Positions 49,023-58,425 of a stretch of DNA of 64,000 nt are shown here, piece after piece. Position 1 is the stretch's first letter. Each line of letters begins with the position of its first letter. Origin of the DNA: Candidatus Latescibacterota bacterium. Its GTDB lineage: Bacteria > Latescibacterota > UBA2968. Made by a program: the position numbers and the translations under genes. The notes beneath the pieces were generated by a model. The model did not search any database and was not told the origin of the DNA. It was given only the letters and a program-made list of their open reading frames with translations. The DNA is taken from contig OZ240241.1 in NCBI GenBank assembly GCA_965198115.1, positions 7,008,001-7,072,000 of the forward strand. The letters are read 5' to 3'.

Positions 49023-49823
49023 AGCTGGGCGCGTGGGATCGGGATGAGCGTATTCCATCCAGGTGGTGAGTTCCTTCTGTGTTTCGTTGAGGCGGGCGCG
49101 CAGATCGGGCGGAAAATGGAAGTGATGACAGTTCTTCGGCTCACGGAACATCACGTTGTAATGAGCGTGGACGTAGTTGTAGTAGAGGTTCGTGCGGATG
49201 CCGTCGGTGGTCTTGGGGAGTCCGTCGTGAAGGGTGGATTCCGAAAAGAGCAGCAGATCGCCGGCTTTCCCGGTGACGGACGTGGCGTTGGGCAATTCGT
49301 AGGCTGGATGAGACTTGAGATCGATGTCGATGTTGCTCTTGTGCGAGCCCGGGACTGCGACAACACACCCGTCCTCCGGCCCGTTGTCGGTGAGGAGCCA
49401 GACCGTATTGAACATCCGCGATCGGATTTCCCCGTTGCGATACGAGTAGTCGGTCGTCGGAACGCCTCGGTGCCAGCTGCTGAAGGCAGCGTCCTTCCAC
49501 TTGCTGATCGACCAGGTATTAATGAGCTGTGGCTGGCCGACGAATTCGTAAAGGTAGGGCAGGAGCGCTTCGTGGTCGATCAGTCGATCGAAGATGGAAT
49601 CGAGTCGTGGCAATCCATTCAGGCGAATCTGGTGGTTGCGCCGATCTTCTTTCGTCGGGCGACCCTCGCCAGTCTGTTTTATCCACGCGTCTTCGTAGTC
49701 GCGGGCCTCGAGTTCACGAAGAACTGTAAGGATCTTCTCGCATTCCTCGAGGCTCAGGACATTGCGTAGGATCAGAAAGCCGGCGAGATCAAACTGAAAA
49801 CGGTCTTCTATCGAGACGGACAT
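49020..49823 (-). CDS. Phytanoyl-CoA dioxygenase (PhyH) family protein
   Basis: FDLAGFLILRNVL, WHRG, WLLTD, VPGSHK, GDLLLFSE..HDG..R. Confidence 0.85.
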   Translation of the reverse strand: MSVSIEDRFQFDLAGFLILRNVLSLEECEKILTVLRELEARDYEDAWIKQTGEGRPTKEDRRNHQIRLNGLPRLDSIFDRLIDHEALLPYLYEFVGQPQLINTWSISKWKDAAFSSWHRGVPTTDYSYRNGEIRSRMFNTVWLLTDNGPEDGCVVAVPGSHKSNIDIDLKSHPAYELPNATSVTGKAGDLLLFSESTLHDGLPKTTDGIRTNLYYNYVHAHYNVMFREPKNCHHFHFPPDLRARLNETQKELTTWMEYAHPDPTRPA

Positions 49824-49868
49824 TTGGAGATTCCTGAGGCGTCGGATGGTTGAGGATGCGATAGATGG

Positions 49869-52274
49869 TCATTCGTCACGCAGGGCTGTGACCGGGTCCG
49901 TTCGCGCAGCTCGTAGCGCCTGGTAGCCGACGGTGAGCAGCGCGAGCGTGAGAGACAGACAACCGGCAGCGGCGTACGGGGCGATGCCCTGATCGATACG
50001 ATACGCGAATTTCGTGAGCCAGTCGTCCATCATCAGGTAGGCGACCGGCCAGGCAACGACATTCGCGAACACGACGAGCCGGGCGAACTCGTGCGTAAGA
50101 AGGAAGACGATCGCCCGTTCGGTTGCCCCGATCGTCTTGCGGATGCCGATCTCCTTGGACCGGCGTTCGGCCGTGAATGCCGCCAGACCGAACAGGCCGA
50201 GGCAAGCGACGAACACAGCGAGGTCGAACGCGACGGCGCAGATGCCCTGAAATCGCACATCACGTCGATACTCTCGCTCGAGCCGATCGTCGAGAAAGGC
50301 GTAGACCATCGGCCGATGAGGGATCAGCGTTCGCCACGTTTTTCGGAGGAACGTCATCAGTTCGTCGAGACCCTCGGGGTGGAATCTGAGCGTGACCACC
50401 CGATAGCGCTGAGGTTCGTAGGCGAAGACGTAAGGCCCGATCGATTCGTAGAGGTCCCGGGTGTGGTGGTCGGCGATGACGCCGATGACGTGGCCCTGCT
50501 TGTCCCCCCAGCGAAAGGGAGTTCCTATGGGGCTCGTCAGCCCCAGACGGCGCACGGCTGTCTGATTCAGGATGAAGGCCTCGTCGAAGTCGGTCTTGCG
50601 ATCGGCCGAGAAATTTCGTCCTGCGATGAAATCGACGCCAATGTAAGGAAACCAGTCTTCGTCGATCGCGTAGTTTCGCATTTCGAACTCGACACCCGGC
50701 GTCGGCTCGAAAGTCCGCCGCCGGGCGGTCCATCCTTCTCCGGGTAGACTGGCGGAGGCGGAAATGTCCAGGACTGCGGGATGGTTCGCGAACCGTTCCT
50801 TCACCATCTGATAGTTGGGTTTCAGGCGGCCGTCGTTGTCGAAGATCCGTACGGCGAGAATGTTGTCGCGGTTGAACCCGAGGTCTTTGCTTCTCACGTA
50901 GCCGAGCTGCCGTGTCGCGACGAACGTGCCCAGTACGAGGACGACGGCTAGAACGAACTGCACGACGACGAGGGGCTTTCTGAACGCCCCGCCCCCCACG
51001 GCGGAGGCACCTCGAAGCGAACGAGTCGGGTCGAACGCGGAGAGGTAGATGGCGGGATAAGCACCCGCCAGAATGCCGACGGACAGCGTGATTACGGCAA
51101 GCCCGACCAGAACACTCGCGTGGGAAAGCTCGAACGCGACGGGGTGGTCCACGAAGCTTCGCCACGTCGGTAGAGCGAGATAACTCAGCCCGACGGCAAG
51201 GGGCAACGACACCACCACGGTCAGGAGCGATTCGGTCATAAACTGTCCGATGAGGGCCCTGCGAAGGGCCCCGACCGACTTTCGAACGCCGACCTCTCTG
51301 GATCTGCCGATGGACCGGGCCGTCGCGAGGTTCATGAAGTTGAGGCATCCGATGGCGAGCACGGCGGCCCCGATGATTGCGAGTGTTCTCAGGTACTCCG
51401 GGTTGCCTTGCCCCATTCCCGAAGCCAAACCATCGATTCCGTTCGGGAAGTCCTCGTGGACGTGCAGTCGCATTCTCAGGAAGTTCTGGAGGCGAAACTG
51501 TTCTTCCGCCTGTTCGGCGTCGGGCAGGATCGTGGTCGAAAACTCCGGGAGCTTGGCTTCGAGCGCTCTCGGGTCTGCGCCGTCGCGGAGACGAATGAAG
51601 GTGACGGTCTGTCTTCGACGTGGGGACTGGTGGAAGTCATCCCAGCTTGCGCGCCTGCGAATGTTATGAGGGACCGTGCCGGTGATGAAGTTAAAGTGGA
51701 TCATCGAGTTTCTTGCGAGGGGCTCGAGGATCCCGGTGACGGTGTAGTCCCCGTCCTGTGCGTGGATGACTTTTCCGAGCGGATCGATTTCGCCGAAGAA
51801 TTCTTTCACGATGGCAGGGTTGATTATGACCCCGTTGGGTTCGGACAGGGCCGTTTCAGGGTTGCCGCGTGCAAGCTTCATCCCGAAGAAATCGAAAAAA
51901 TTCGTGTCGGAAAACCAGAAGGTTGTACGACGGCTGTATTCTCCGTAGCGGATCCACCGGGCACCGATGCGAACACGGCTCGTCTCCTCGACTTCGGGAT
52001 ATATCCGAACGAGAGCAGGTCCGACCGCCCCGCTCAGACCTTCGAAGGGCTTCCGTAGCAGTCCATGAATCGTCGACGTGGGGCCTTCTCGCAGAACTCG
52101 ATAGATCCGATCGGCGCCCGGCCGGAAGCTATCCCAGGAAGTTTCGTAGTCGACGTAGAGGTAGATGAGAATGGCACACGACATCCCGATGGCCAGACCG
52201 AGGATGTTGATGGCGGCGTAGCCCCGCTGGCGGAGGAGATTGCGATAGACGAGGGTGAGGTAATTTGAAAGCAT
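49869..52274 (-). CDS. MacB/FtsX-type ABC transporter permease (duplicated)
   Basis: INILGLAIG, NFMNLATARS.GRSREVGVRK, QFMTES, LVVVQF, LGLFGLAAF, KEIGIRK, DPVTALRDE. Confidence 0.93.
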   Translation of the reverse strand: MLSNYLTLVYRNLLRQRGYAAINILGLAIGMSCAILIYLYVDYETSWDSFRPGADRIYRVLREGPTSTIHGLLRKPFEGLSGAVGPALVRIYPEVEETSRVRIGARWIRYGEYSRRTTFWFSDTNFFDFFGMKLARGNPETALSEPNGVIINPAIVKEFFGEIDPLGKVIHAQDGDYTVTGILEPLARNSMIHFNFITGTVPHNIRRRASWDDFHQSPRRRQTVTFIRLRDGADPRALEAKLPEFSTTILPDAEQAEEQFRLQNFLRMRLHVHEDFPNGIDGLASGMGQGNPEYLRTLAIIGAAVLAIGCLNFMNLATARSIGRSREVGVRKSVGALRRALIGQFMTESLLTVVVSLPLAVGLSYLALPTWRSFVDHPVAFELSHASVLVGLAVITLSVGILAGAYPAIYLSAFDPTRSLRGASAVGGGAFRKPLVVVQFVLAVVLVLGTFVATRQLGYVRSKDLGFNRDNILAVRIFDNDGRLKPNYQMVKERFANHPAVLDISASASLPGEGWTARRRTFEPTPGVEFEMRNYAIDEDWFPYIGVDFIAGRNFSADRKTDFDEAFILNQTAVRRLGLTSPIGTPFRWGDKQGHVIGVIADHHTRDLYESIGPYVFAYEPQRYRVVTLRFHPEGLDELMTFLRKTWRTLIPHRPMVYAFLDDRLEREYRRDVRFQGICAVAFDLAVFVACLGLFGLAAFTAERRSKEIGIRKTIGATERAIVFLLTHEFARLVVFANVVAWPVAYLMMDDWLTKFAYRIDQGIAPYAAAGCLSLTLALLTVGYQALRAARTDPVTALRDE

Positions 52275-52351
52275 CGATTAACGAACATCAAGAGTCGAGA
52301 ATTGAAGTTTCTGAGCGCCCTCAACACCGTCAGCAGCGAACGTCGGCCAAA

Positions 52352-52407
52352 GCGAAAGCCATTGTCACCCCGGTACGCACTTTGGCCGGGGTGACAATGG
52401 CTTTCGC
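52352..52407. repeat. Perfect 22-bp inverted repeat with 12-nt loop
   Basis: GCGAAAGCCATTGTCACCCCGG ... CCGGGGTGACAATGGCTTTCGC. Confidence 0.9.
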
Positions 52408-52464
52408 GGGAAAGAAATCGCTCCAGCCATTTCGGAGCGCAGGCCACCCGATCTGATTCTTCGT

Positions 52465-52498
52465 CAAAGAAATCCCCATCGATCAGGGACCGATGGGG
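52465..52498 (-). terminator. Intrinsic terminator of the NIPSNAP gene
   Basis: Minus strand CCCCATCGGTC-CCT-GATCGATGGGG then ATTTCTTT. Confidence 0.65.
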
Positions 52499-52522
52499 AA
52501 CCTGCACCAGCGTGGTTTCGAC

Positions 52523-52921
52523 TCAGTGCAGCGGCGAGAATGAGGTGGGAATCAGGACGCGTGAGTGCAGCACACGCATGCTCGCGAATTTCTCGGTCTG
52601 GACCTTTCTAAGGTCTGGATCCGCGTGGGCAGTCTGAATGTGAGCCAGATCCTTGCATCCCATCAGGAAGATCATCTGATTGGAGCTGCCTCCGAGCCCG
52701 CTGGTGAACGCACCGATCAGCTCGACATCGTGCTTTTTGAGGATGGGGAGAATCTCTTTCTCTATAATCTCGGCGTACGCTGCCCCTTGACCTGGTTGGA
52801 CATCTGATGTGTAGAGGCCAAAGACTCTTGGTGTTGCTTCATGATGGGCGGCAAAGAGACTACCGACGGTTGCCGACACAGCGGCAATCATCAAGATAAC
52901 GACGAACATTCGACGTGACAT
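52523..52921 (-). CDS. NIPSNAP family protein with N-terminal signal peptide
   Basis: MSRR plus hydrophobic leader; Y..QPG, C-terminal LIPTSFSPL; SD AGGAGG. Confidence 0.75.
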   Translation of the reverse strand: MSRRMFVVILMIAAVSATVGSLFAAHHEATPRVFGLYTSDVQPGQGAAYAEIIEKEILPILKKHDVELIGAFTSGLGGSSNQMIFLMGCKDLAHIQTAHADPDLRKVQTEKFASMRVLHSRVLIPTSFSPLH

Positions 52922-53018
52922 TGCGACCTCCTTTGAAAATCGAGTGGACGAATCTGAGCGGCACCAATATCTCGAACATTCGCTCAGACTTCAAGCCTTC
53001 CCAATTGACCATTGGGGC

Positions 53019-54014
53019 TTACATAGATTGAACCGCGTCCCAGAGCTCTGGGACGACGGGGATGCCGTTGGTGAGGCTGTCGCGGCGGATTGCGAGCATA
53101 CCCTCACCGGGATAGCGCACGCTTTCGATCCCCTCAAGAGGCTCGGCGCCGAGAAAGTGGGCGACGATGCGATCGATTCTGGCATCCGTGTTGTCTCCGA
53201 GCTGTTTCGTGTCGATGGCGATGTAGGCCTGCGATACGGCGGTTTCGTGGGGTCGCGCGCCAATTTCGTGTGTCGAATCGCCGTCGGCGATGGCGGAAGC
53301 CATGATGTCGAGGACGAGGGCGAGTCCCGACCCCTTCCAGTAGCCGATGGGCAAGGCCCTGCTCGAATCGAGGATGGCGCCCGGGTCGGTCGTGAGGTTG
53401 CCGTCGGTGTCGTAGCCGCCCGCGATCGGCAAAGTCTCGTCGCGATGGCGCAGGACCTCGAGCTTTCCGTTCGAGTACTGACTCATCGCCATATCGAGCA
53501 GAACGTGGCCGTCCTTGCGAGGGATGCAGACGACCATCGGGTTGTTGCCAATGCGCTTTTCCGCGGATCCCCACGGGGGCATGAGGATCGTCGTGTTCGT
53601 CCAACAGATCCCGATGCACCCGGCGTCTGCCGCCTGCAGGCCGAAGGCTCCGGGTCGCATCCAGTGGTTCGTGTTACAGAGACCGACGCAACCCATCGCG
53701 TTCTCTCTGGCCAACTCGACGGCGCGTCCCATCGCGAACTCGGCGTTGAGCAGACCGATTCCCCTATTGCCGTCCCATTGCTCGAGGGCCCCCAGGGCAC
53801 GGACCAACGAGGGTTCGAGGTTGGGATTCACCTTACCGGTTCGGATACCCTCGACGAATCCGGGAAACCGATTGAGGCCGTGTGAATAGACACCGTCGCG
53901 GGTGTTCTCTGCGAAGAGGGTCGCAGTCCGCTTTGCTTTGGAGTCGGGCAGGCCTGCACCGAGCAGGACCCTGTTGAATTCGGCTTTCAGCTTGTCGAAT
54001 GGAACCCGTTCCAT
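53019..54014 (-). CDS. yiaK: 3-dehydro-L-gulonate 2-dehydrogenase (Ldh_2 family)
   Basis: DGVYSHGLNRFP, NTNHWMR, ICWTNT..MPPWG, DMAMSQYS, GYWKGSGL, RYPGE. Confidence 0.92.
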   Translation of the reverse strand: MERVPFDKLKAEFNRVLLGAGLPDSKAKRTATLFAENTRDGVYSHGLNRFPGFVEGIRTGKVNPNLEPSLVRALGALEQWDGNRGIGLLNAEFAMGRAVELARENAMGCVGLCNTNHWMRPGAFGLQAADAGCIGICWTNTTILMPPWGSAEKRIGNNPMVVCIPRKDGHVLLDMAMSQYSNGKLEVLRHRDETLPIAGGYDTDGNLTTDPGAILDSSRALPIGYWKGSGLALVLDIMASAIADGDSTHEIGARPHETAVSQAYIAIDTKQLGDNTDARIDRIVAHFLGAEPLEGIESVRYPGEGMLAIRRDSLTNGIPVVPELWDAVQSM

Positions 54015-54180
54015 CTTCCCTTTCCGTCAACAGATCAGCCGTCTGATTGGCCGTGGGTGGGTGAGGATGGTATATTCGGTCCGAGGTGATATCAAGTCCT
54101 TCCCGCTGGGACCGTGTCTCTACGAAGCCTTCCCTGGGGTATACTTCCCGGTAGGGTAGCGAAACTGACGAGGAAGCGAC

Positions 54181-54798
54181 ATGAAAGACTGGCAGGAGGA
54201 CGCGATCGACCCGGAGGGCCTCGCGGCGGACCCGGTCGATGAGTTTCAAAAGTGGTACGACATGGCCAAGGCATCGGACGATATTCTGCCCGAGGCGATG
54301 TCCCTGGCGACGGTGACGCGAGAGGGTGTCCCGACAGTCCGGATTGTCCTGATGCGAGGGTGCGATGAGCGAGGTGTGAGCTTTTTCACGAATTATGAAA
54401 GCCCGAAGTGCGACGACATGGCGTCGAACCCTCGCGTCGCTCTGGTTTTTCACTGGAAACCGCTCTACCGACAGATTAGGATCGAGGGGACGGTCAGCAA
54501 GGTTCCGGAAGAGGAATCGAAAACGTATTGGGATTCCCGTCCGCGCGGCAGTCGTTTAGCGGCGTGGGCGTCCAAGCAGAGCGCCGAAGTCGATGCGTGG
54601 GAGATCCTTGCCGAGAAGGTCGACTCGCTCGAGAAACAGTATGCTGACGACGATATTCCCCTGCCCCCTTTCTGGGGGGGCTATATCGTTGAACCGTCGA
54701 GGTTCGAGTTCTGGCTGAGTCGACCGAGTCGGTTGCACGATCGGTTCGTGTATGAGAAGAGTGATGGAGGTTGGAGGATTACACGGTTGCAGCCGTAG
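54181..54798 (+). CDS. pdxH: Pyridoxine/pyridoxamine 5'-phosphate oxidase
   Basis: AMSLAT, RIVL, FFTNYES.K, RQIRIEG, SRPRGSR, WGGY, EFW..R.SRLHDR, RLQP. Confidence 0.96.
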   Translation: MKDWQEDAIDPEGLAADPVDEFQKWYDMAKASDDILPEAMSLATVTREGVPTVRIVLMRGCDERGVSFFTNYESPKCDDMASNPRVALVFHWKPLYRQIRIEGTVSKVPEEESKTYWDSRPRGSRLAAWASKQSAEVDAWEILAEKVDSLEKQYADDDIPLPPFWGGYIVEPSRFEFWLSRPSRLHDRFVYEKSDGGWRITRLQP

Positions 54799-54929
54799 TC
54801 CAGGGAATAAGGCGTCCTCGTGCTGAGCACGAGGACGAGTGGTACGCGTTTCATATACTCAAGTGTATCTCGCCCGCTCGTCCCTGTGCTGTGCCCTGGA
54901 ACGTGAAGGCGGCGAAATCGGATTCTGAC

Positions 54930-55658
54930 ATGACAAAGCTCAGCGTGAACGTGAACAAGGTAGCCCTGCTCCGGAACAGCCGAACGATCGGGATTCCGAG
55001 CGTCATACAGGCGGCAGAGGTGTGTGTCGACGCAGGATGCCACGGGATCACGGTCCATCCACGGCCGGATGAACGGCACATCACGATTCGAGATGCGTAT
55101 GAGGTGGCTGAAGTGGCGACCGGGGTGGAGTACAATATCGAGGGCAATCCCTTTCCGGAATGGTTGGAAATCGTGAGGACGGTCAAGCCCGATCAGGCGA
55201 CGCTCGTCCCGGACGATCCAAACGCCTTTACGTCGGATCACGGTTGGGATCTGAAGGATCGCTCGAACGCCGAACGGCTGAAACCGATCATAGCCGAACT
55301 CAAGGACCTGGGCATCCGCGTCAGCCTGTTCATGGATCCCGATCCGGACCAGATCCCGCTGGTGTTGGAAACGGGCGCGGACCGGATCGAGCTGTACACG
55401 GAGCCCTATGCCGCCGCTTATCGAGAAGGGGATGTTGGCCCTGTATTCCGCCAGTTCGCGGATGGGGCGAAGCTCGCCCAGGATTCAGGTCTCGGCGTGA
55501 ATGCGGGGCACGATCTCAATCTCGAGAATCTGGGCGAGTTCGTGACGATCCCGGGGATTCTCGAGGTGTCGATCGGCCACGCGCTGATCGGGGACGCGAT
55601 TTTCATGGGGCTGGAGGAAACGGTGAAGGCGTACTTGCGTGTTCTTGGGTATGACTAG
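54930..55658 (+). CDS. pdxJ: Pyridoxine 5'-phosphate synthase
   Basis: LSVNVNKVALLRNSR, GITVHPRPDERHI, NIEG, TSDHG, RIELYT, NAGHDL, EVSIGH. Confidence 0.96.
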   Translation: MTKLSVNVNKVALLRNSRTIGIPSVIQAAEVCVDAGCHGITVHPRPDERHITIRDAYEVAEVATGVEYNIEGNPFPEWLEIVRTVKPDQATLVPDDPNAFTSDHGWDLKDRSNAERLKPIIAELKDLGIRVSLFMDPDPDQIPLVLETGADRIELYTEPYAAAYREGDVGPVFRQFADGAKLAQDSGLGVNAGHDLNLENLGEFVTIPGILEVSIGHALIGDAIFMGLEETVKAYLRVLGYD

Positions 55659-55697
55659 CGTGGAGCGATGGCCTATCGTGACACTTGATTAACAGCC

Positions 55698-55740
55698 GAG
55701 CCCTTCGGTACGTCCGCTTCGCGGACTACTCAGGACAGGC
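55698..55740 (+). repeat. 43-nt REP-like repeat (copy 3 of 3)
   Basis: GAGCCCTTCGGTAC-[GTCCGC TTC GCGGAC]-TACTCAGGACAGGC. Confidence 0.85.
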
Positions 55741-55830
55741 AGGAGAGCAGGCGTGGCAATGTCACTGTTGGATGGCTCGTCCAGAAGATCCACCCTTTGA
55801 ACCCTGATGCGTTAGCGTCGGGGTTTTCTC

Positions 55831-56433
55831 TTATGTCGAGGTGATCTTGTCGAGAAAGGCGAGGGATACGTCGTTGAGGTCGAGTTCTCGAGCCTGCTCG
55901 ATTTCCACCCACTCCGCCTTCAGCTCCCATTCGTCAGGCCCAATCTGGCCGACTTCCCGACCGGCCTCCGCCTTGAACACACGCTGGAGAAAGTCCGGGT
56001 ATGGATAGGGATAGTTTTCCGGTTCAGGTGTGAGGTGATGGTAGTGCAGGAATCCGATCGGATGAAGATCGCCGACTTCCCATCCCGTTTCTTCGACCAG
56101 CTCTCGCCGCAGTGCTTCTTCGTGAGATTCCCCGGACTCGATTCGCCCGCCGGGTAAGAGGTGACTGCCGTTCGGGTGCGTGACGACGAGGACACTTCGA
56201 TCGCGGGTCACGATGGCACGAACGGACGTGACGTACTCGATAGGCGGTTCCGATTGCGTGATGTAACACCTGCCACGGACCCGAATGCCGTTAGGCCAGT
56301 CTGTGACGTCATCGAGAGCAGGGTCGAGGCTTTCGAGAATGGAGTTGAGGTTCAACACAGCGTATCTTCCAGGCTCCTCTGCAGCTGAAGAGGGATCCCT
56401 CACGACATTAATGCCAGAACCGTCTGCGTTCAA
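55831..56433 (-). CDS. NUDIX hydrolase
   Basis: Nudix box PGGRIESGESHEEALRRELVEETG; start uncertain. Confidence 0.88.
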   Translation of the reverse strand: MNADGSGINVVRDPSSAAEEPGRYAVLNLNSILESLDPALDDVTDWPNGIRVRGRCYITQSEPPIEYVTSVRAIVTRDRSVLVVTHPNGSHLLPGGRIESGESHEEALRRELVEETGWEVGDLHPIGFLHYHHLTPEPENYPYPYPDFLQRVFKAEAGREVGQIGPDEWELKAEWVEIEQARELDLNDVSLAFLDKITST

Positions 56434-56586
56434 ACGCCTTTCACATTGTCGTTCGGGATGACAGCTGTGTGTAGGAGGTTGGTGCTTCGATGACCGGGTC
56501 TATCTGGCTCTCCTAGTCGGTCTCGATCCCGACAGCCCTCGGTATTCTCTCAGTGTTCTCTGTGTGCTCAGTGGCTGTCTTGTGCT

Positions 56587-57696
56587 TTACGCGATTCCCT
56601 CATTCCGCCACCACCTGACTTCGTTACTCCCACGTTCTGCACCGGCGATGATGTCCAGAAGTCCATCCCCGTTCAGGTCGGCGACGATGACCTGGTTGGC
56701 CTTGGGCCAGTGTTCCTTCAAGATCTGCATCGACCAATCGCCTCGAGGATCGCCGTCGTGTTTGAACACGGCGACCCGGCCGTCGTCGCCCCAGGCGGAG
56801 GCGATGATTTCGACCTGGCCGTCGTTGTCGATGTCGGTTGCAATGGCTTCGAAAGCATCGGGGAAATCGTTGCAGACGATGTGCTTCGTCCACGCGCCCT
56901 GTGGATCGCCTTCGTGTTCATACCAGACGATCTGGTGATCGACCGGGTCTCGCCCGTCGACCAATCGCATGCCGAGCGCCATTACCACGTCGACACCGCC
57001 GTCGCCGTCGAGATCTGCGGGGTGACCGTGAATCGGTTGAGGCGAGGTGTCGATGACGTGTTTCAACCAGGGTTCGTTGATAGGATCACCAGGATTCTCA
57101 TACCAGGCCACCTGGTCGTCGAGAAACGCCGTTCCAAGCAGATCCATCTTGCCGTTTCCGTTGACGTCAATGGCACAGACCGTGCGTGTTTCGGCAATGT
57201 CGTCCTCGATCGAGTGTTTGACCCATTCTCCATCACGATTTTCGAACCACGCGAACTGGTTCCCCTTTTTCCAACTCGATGCAGCGACATCGAGCCGACC
57301 ATTGCCCGTGAAATCAGCCACGACGACGTCGTATGACCCGGGCAGATCGTTGACCGTGATGTGGTGCTGACGCCAGGACGCTCGATCCCGCGGATCGCCG
57401 TCGCATTCGAACCAGACGAGGCCGCCATTGATGTTGTCGACGCTGACGATCTCGGGTCTTCCATCTCCGTTGATGTCCGCGATCGTGTGGCGTTCCAGCC
57501 ACTCTTCTTCACGCTCGTGGATGACGTGATGCGTGAAGTTCCCATCCCCGTCGTTTTCGAACCAGTAGAGACCGACATTCGTGTCGACGGACACGAGATC
57601 GAGACTTCCGTTACCCGTGAGGTCCACGGTTGAAAGACCGAAGCTGTAGTTATAACCGCTGTGGATCTGGTGTTCGGTGAAGCGTATCTCGGCCAT
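56587..57696 (-). CDS. FG-GAP/VCBS repeat beta-propeller protein
   Basis: Seven D.(N/D)GDG..D(I/L)V ... W(Y/F)EN repeats. Confidence 0.9.
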   Translation of the reverse strand: MAEIRFTEHQIHSGYNYSFGLSTVDLTGNGSLDLVSVDTNVGLYWFENDGDGNFTHHVIHEREEEWLERHTIADINGDGRPEIVSVDNINGGLVWFECDGDPRDRASWRQHHITVNDLPGSYDVVVADFTGNGRLDVAASSWKKGNQFAWFENRDGEWVKHSIEDDIAETRTVCAIDVNGNGKMDLLGTAFLDDQVAWYENPGDPINEPWLKHVIDTSPQPIHGHPADLDGDGGVDVVMALGMRLVDGRDPVDHQIVWYEHEGDPQGAWTKHIVCNDFPDAFEAIATDIDNDGQVEIIASAWGDDGRVAVFKHDGDPRGDWSMQILKEHWPKANQVIVADLNGDGLLDIIAGAERGSNEVRWWRNEGIA

Positions 57697-57699
57697 CCG

Positions 57700-58413
57700 T
57701 CACGCTCCTGTGGTCTTGCTGAAGATTTCGGTGAATTCATCCCAGTCGTCGAATTCGACGTCTGCGATAGGAGCCTTCTCTTCGAATCCGCGCGAGTTGT
57801 AGAGGAAAGAGGCCATTCCGACGGCCTGTGCCCCGGCGACATCGACGGGCGGGACATCGCCGGCGAACCAGCAATCCGTTGGGTCGATGCCGAGCCGATC
57901 GGCTGGGATTCGCATCAGGAGAGGATGAGGTTTCTGGATGCCATAGTCGGTGCTGGAGACTATGAATGCGAAGTAGGGGGCGAGCTTGTTCTGTTCGAGG
58001 TGCCAGTTGAGCGCCCGATACCCGAACGGCGAATTGCTGATGATCGCCATCGGTAAGCCCGCCCGATGGATTGTCTGGAGCGTGTTTTCGATCCCGGGTT
58101 TGTGGGAGAAAGTGTGTGCGGCTCTACAGAACTCGATGTCGATCTGCTCGGGTGGCAAATCGAAGCTCATGCCGAGGCGATGGTAGATGAGGAGGCTCCG
58201 GATGACCCCCGGCGGTTGGACGACGAAATCACTCTCGGGGAAGGCCAACTCCGAATCAGACTGCATTTGCAGGACATCGTCGAGGGTCACACCGCGCGGA
58301 TTGTGAGCGATTTCCAACAGCCGCTCGTGACCGGCAACCTCTTCGTATCGGTCGTTGTTCAAGACGGTATGACCGAGGTCGAAGAAGACCGCTTTCGGAG
58401 CAGTTGGTATCAC
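57700..58413 (-). CDS. HAD family hydrolase
   Basis: FFDLGHT, ISN, KPHP, AGD..VDVAGA..GM. Confidence 0.9.
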   Translation of the reverse strand: MIPTAPKAVFFDLGHTVLNNDRYEEVAGHERLLEIAHNPRGVTLDDVLQMQSDSELAFPESDFVVQPPGVIRSLLIYHRLGMSFDLPPEQIDIEFCRAAHTFSHKPGIENTLQTIHRAGLPMAIISNSPFGYRALNWHLEQNKLAPYFAFIVSSTDYGIQKPHPLLMRIPADRLGIDPTDCWFAGDVPPVDVAGAQAVGMASFLYNSRGFEEKAPIADVEFDDWDEFTEIFSKTTGA

Positions 58414-58425
58414 ACTCGTCCTTCC

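Noticed and set aside
54181-55658. pdxH-pdxJ adjacency
   Set aside because: Ordinary vitamin B6 biosynthesis clustering
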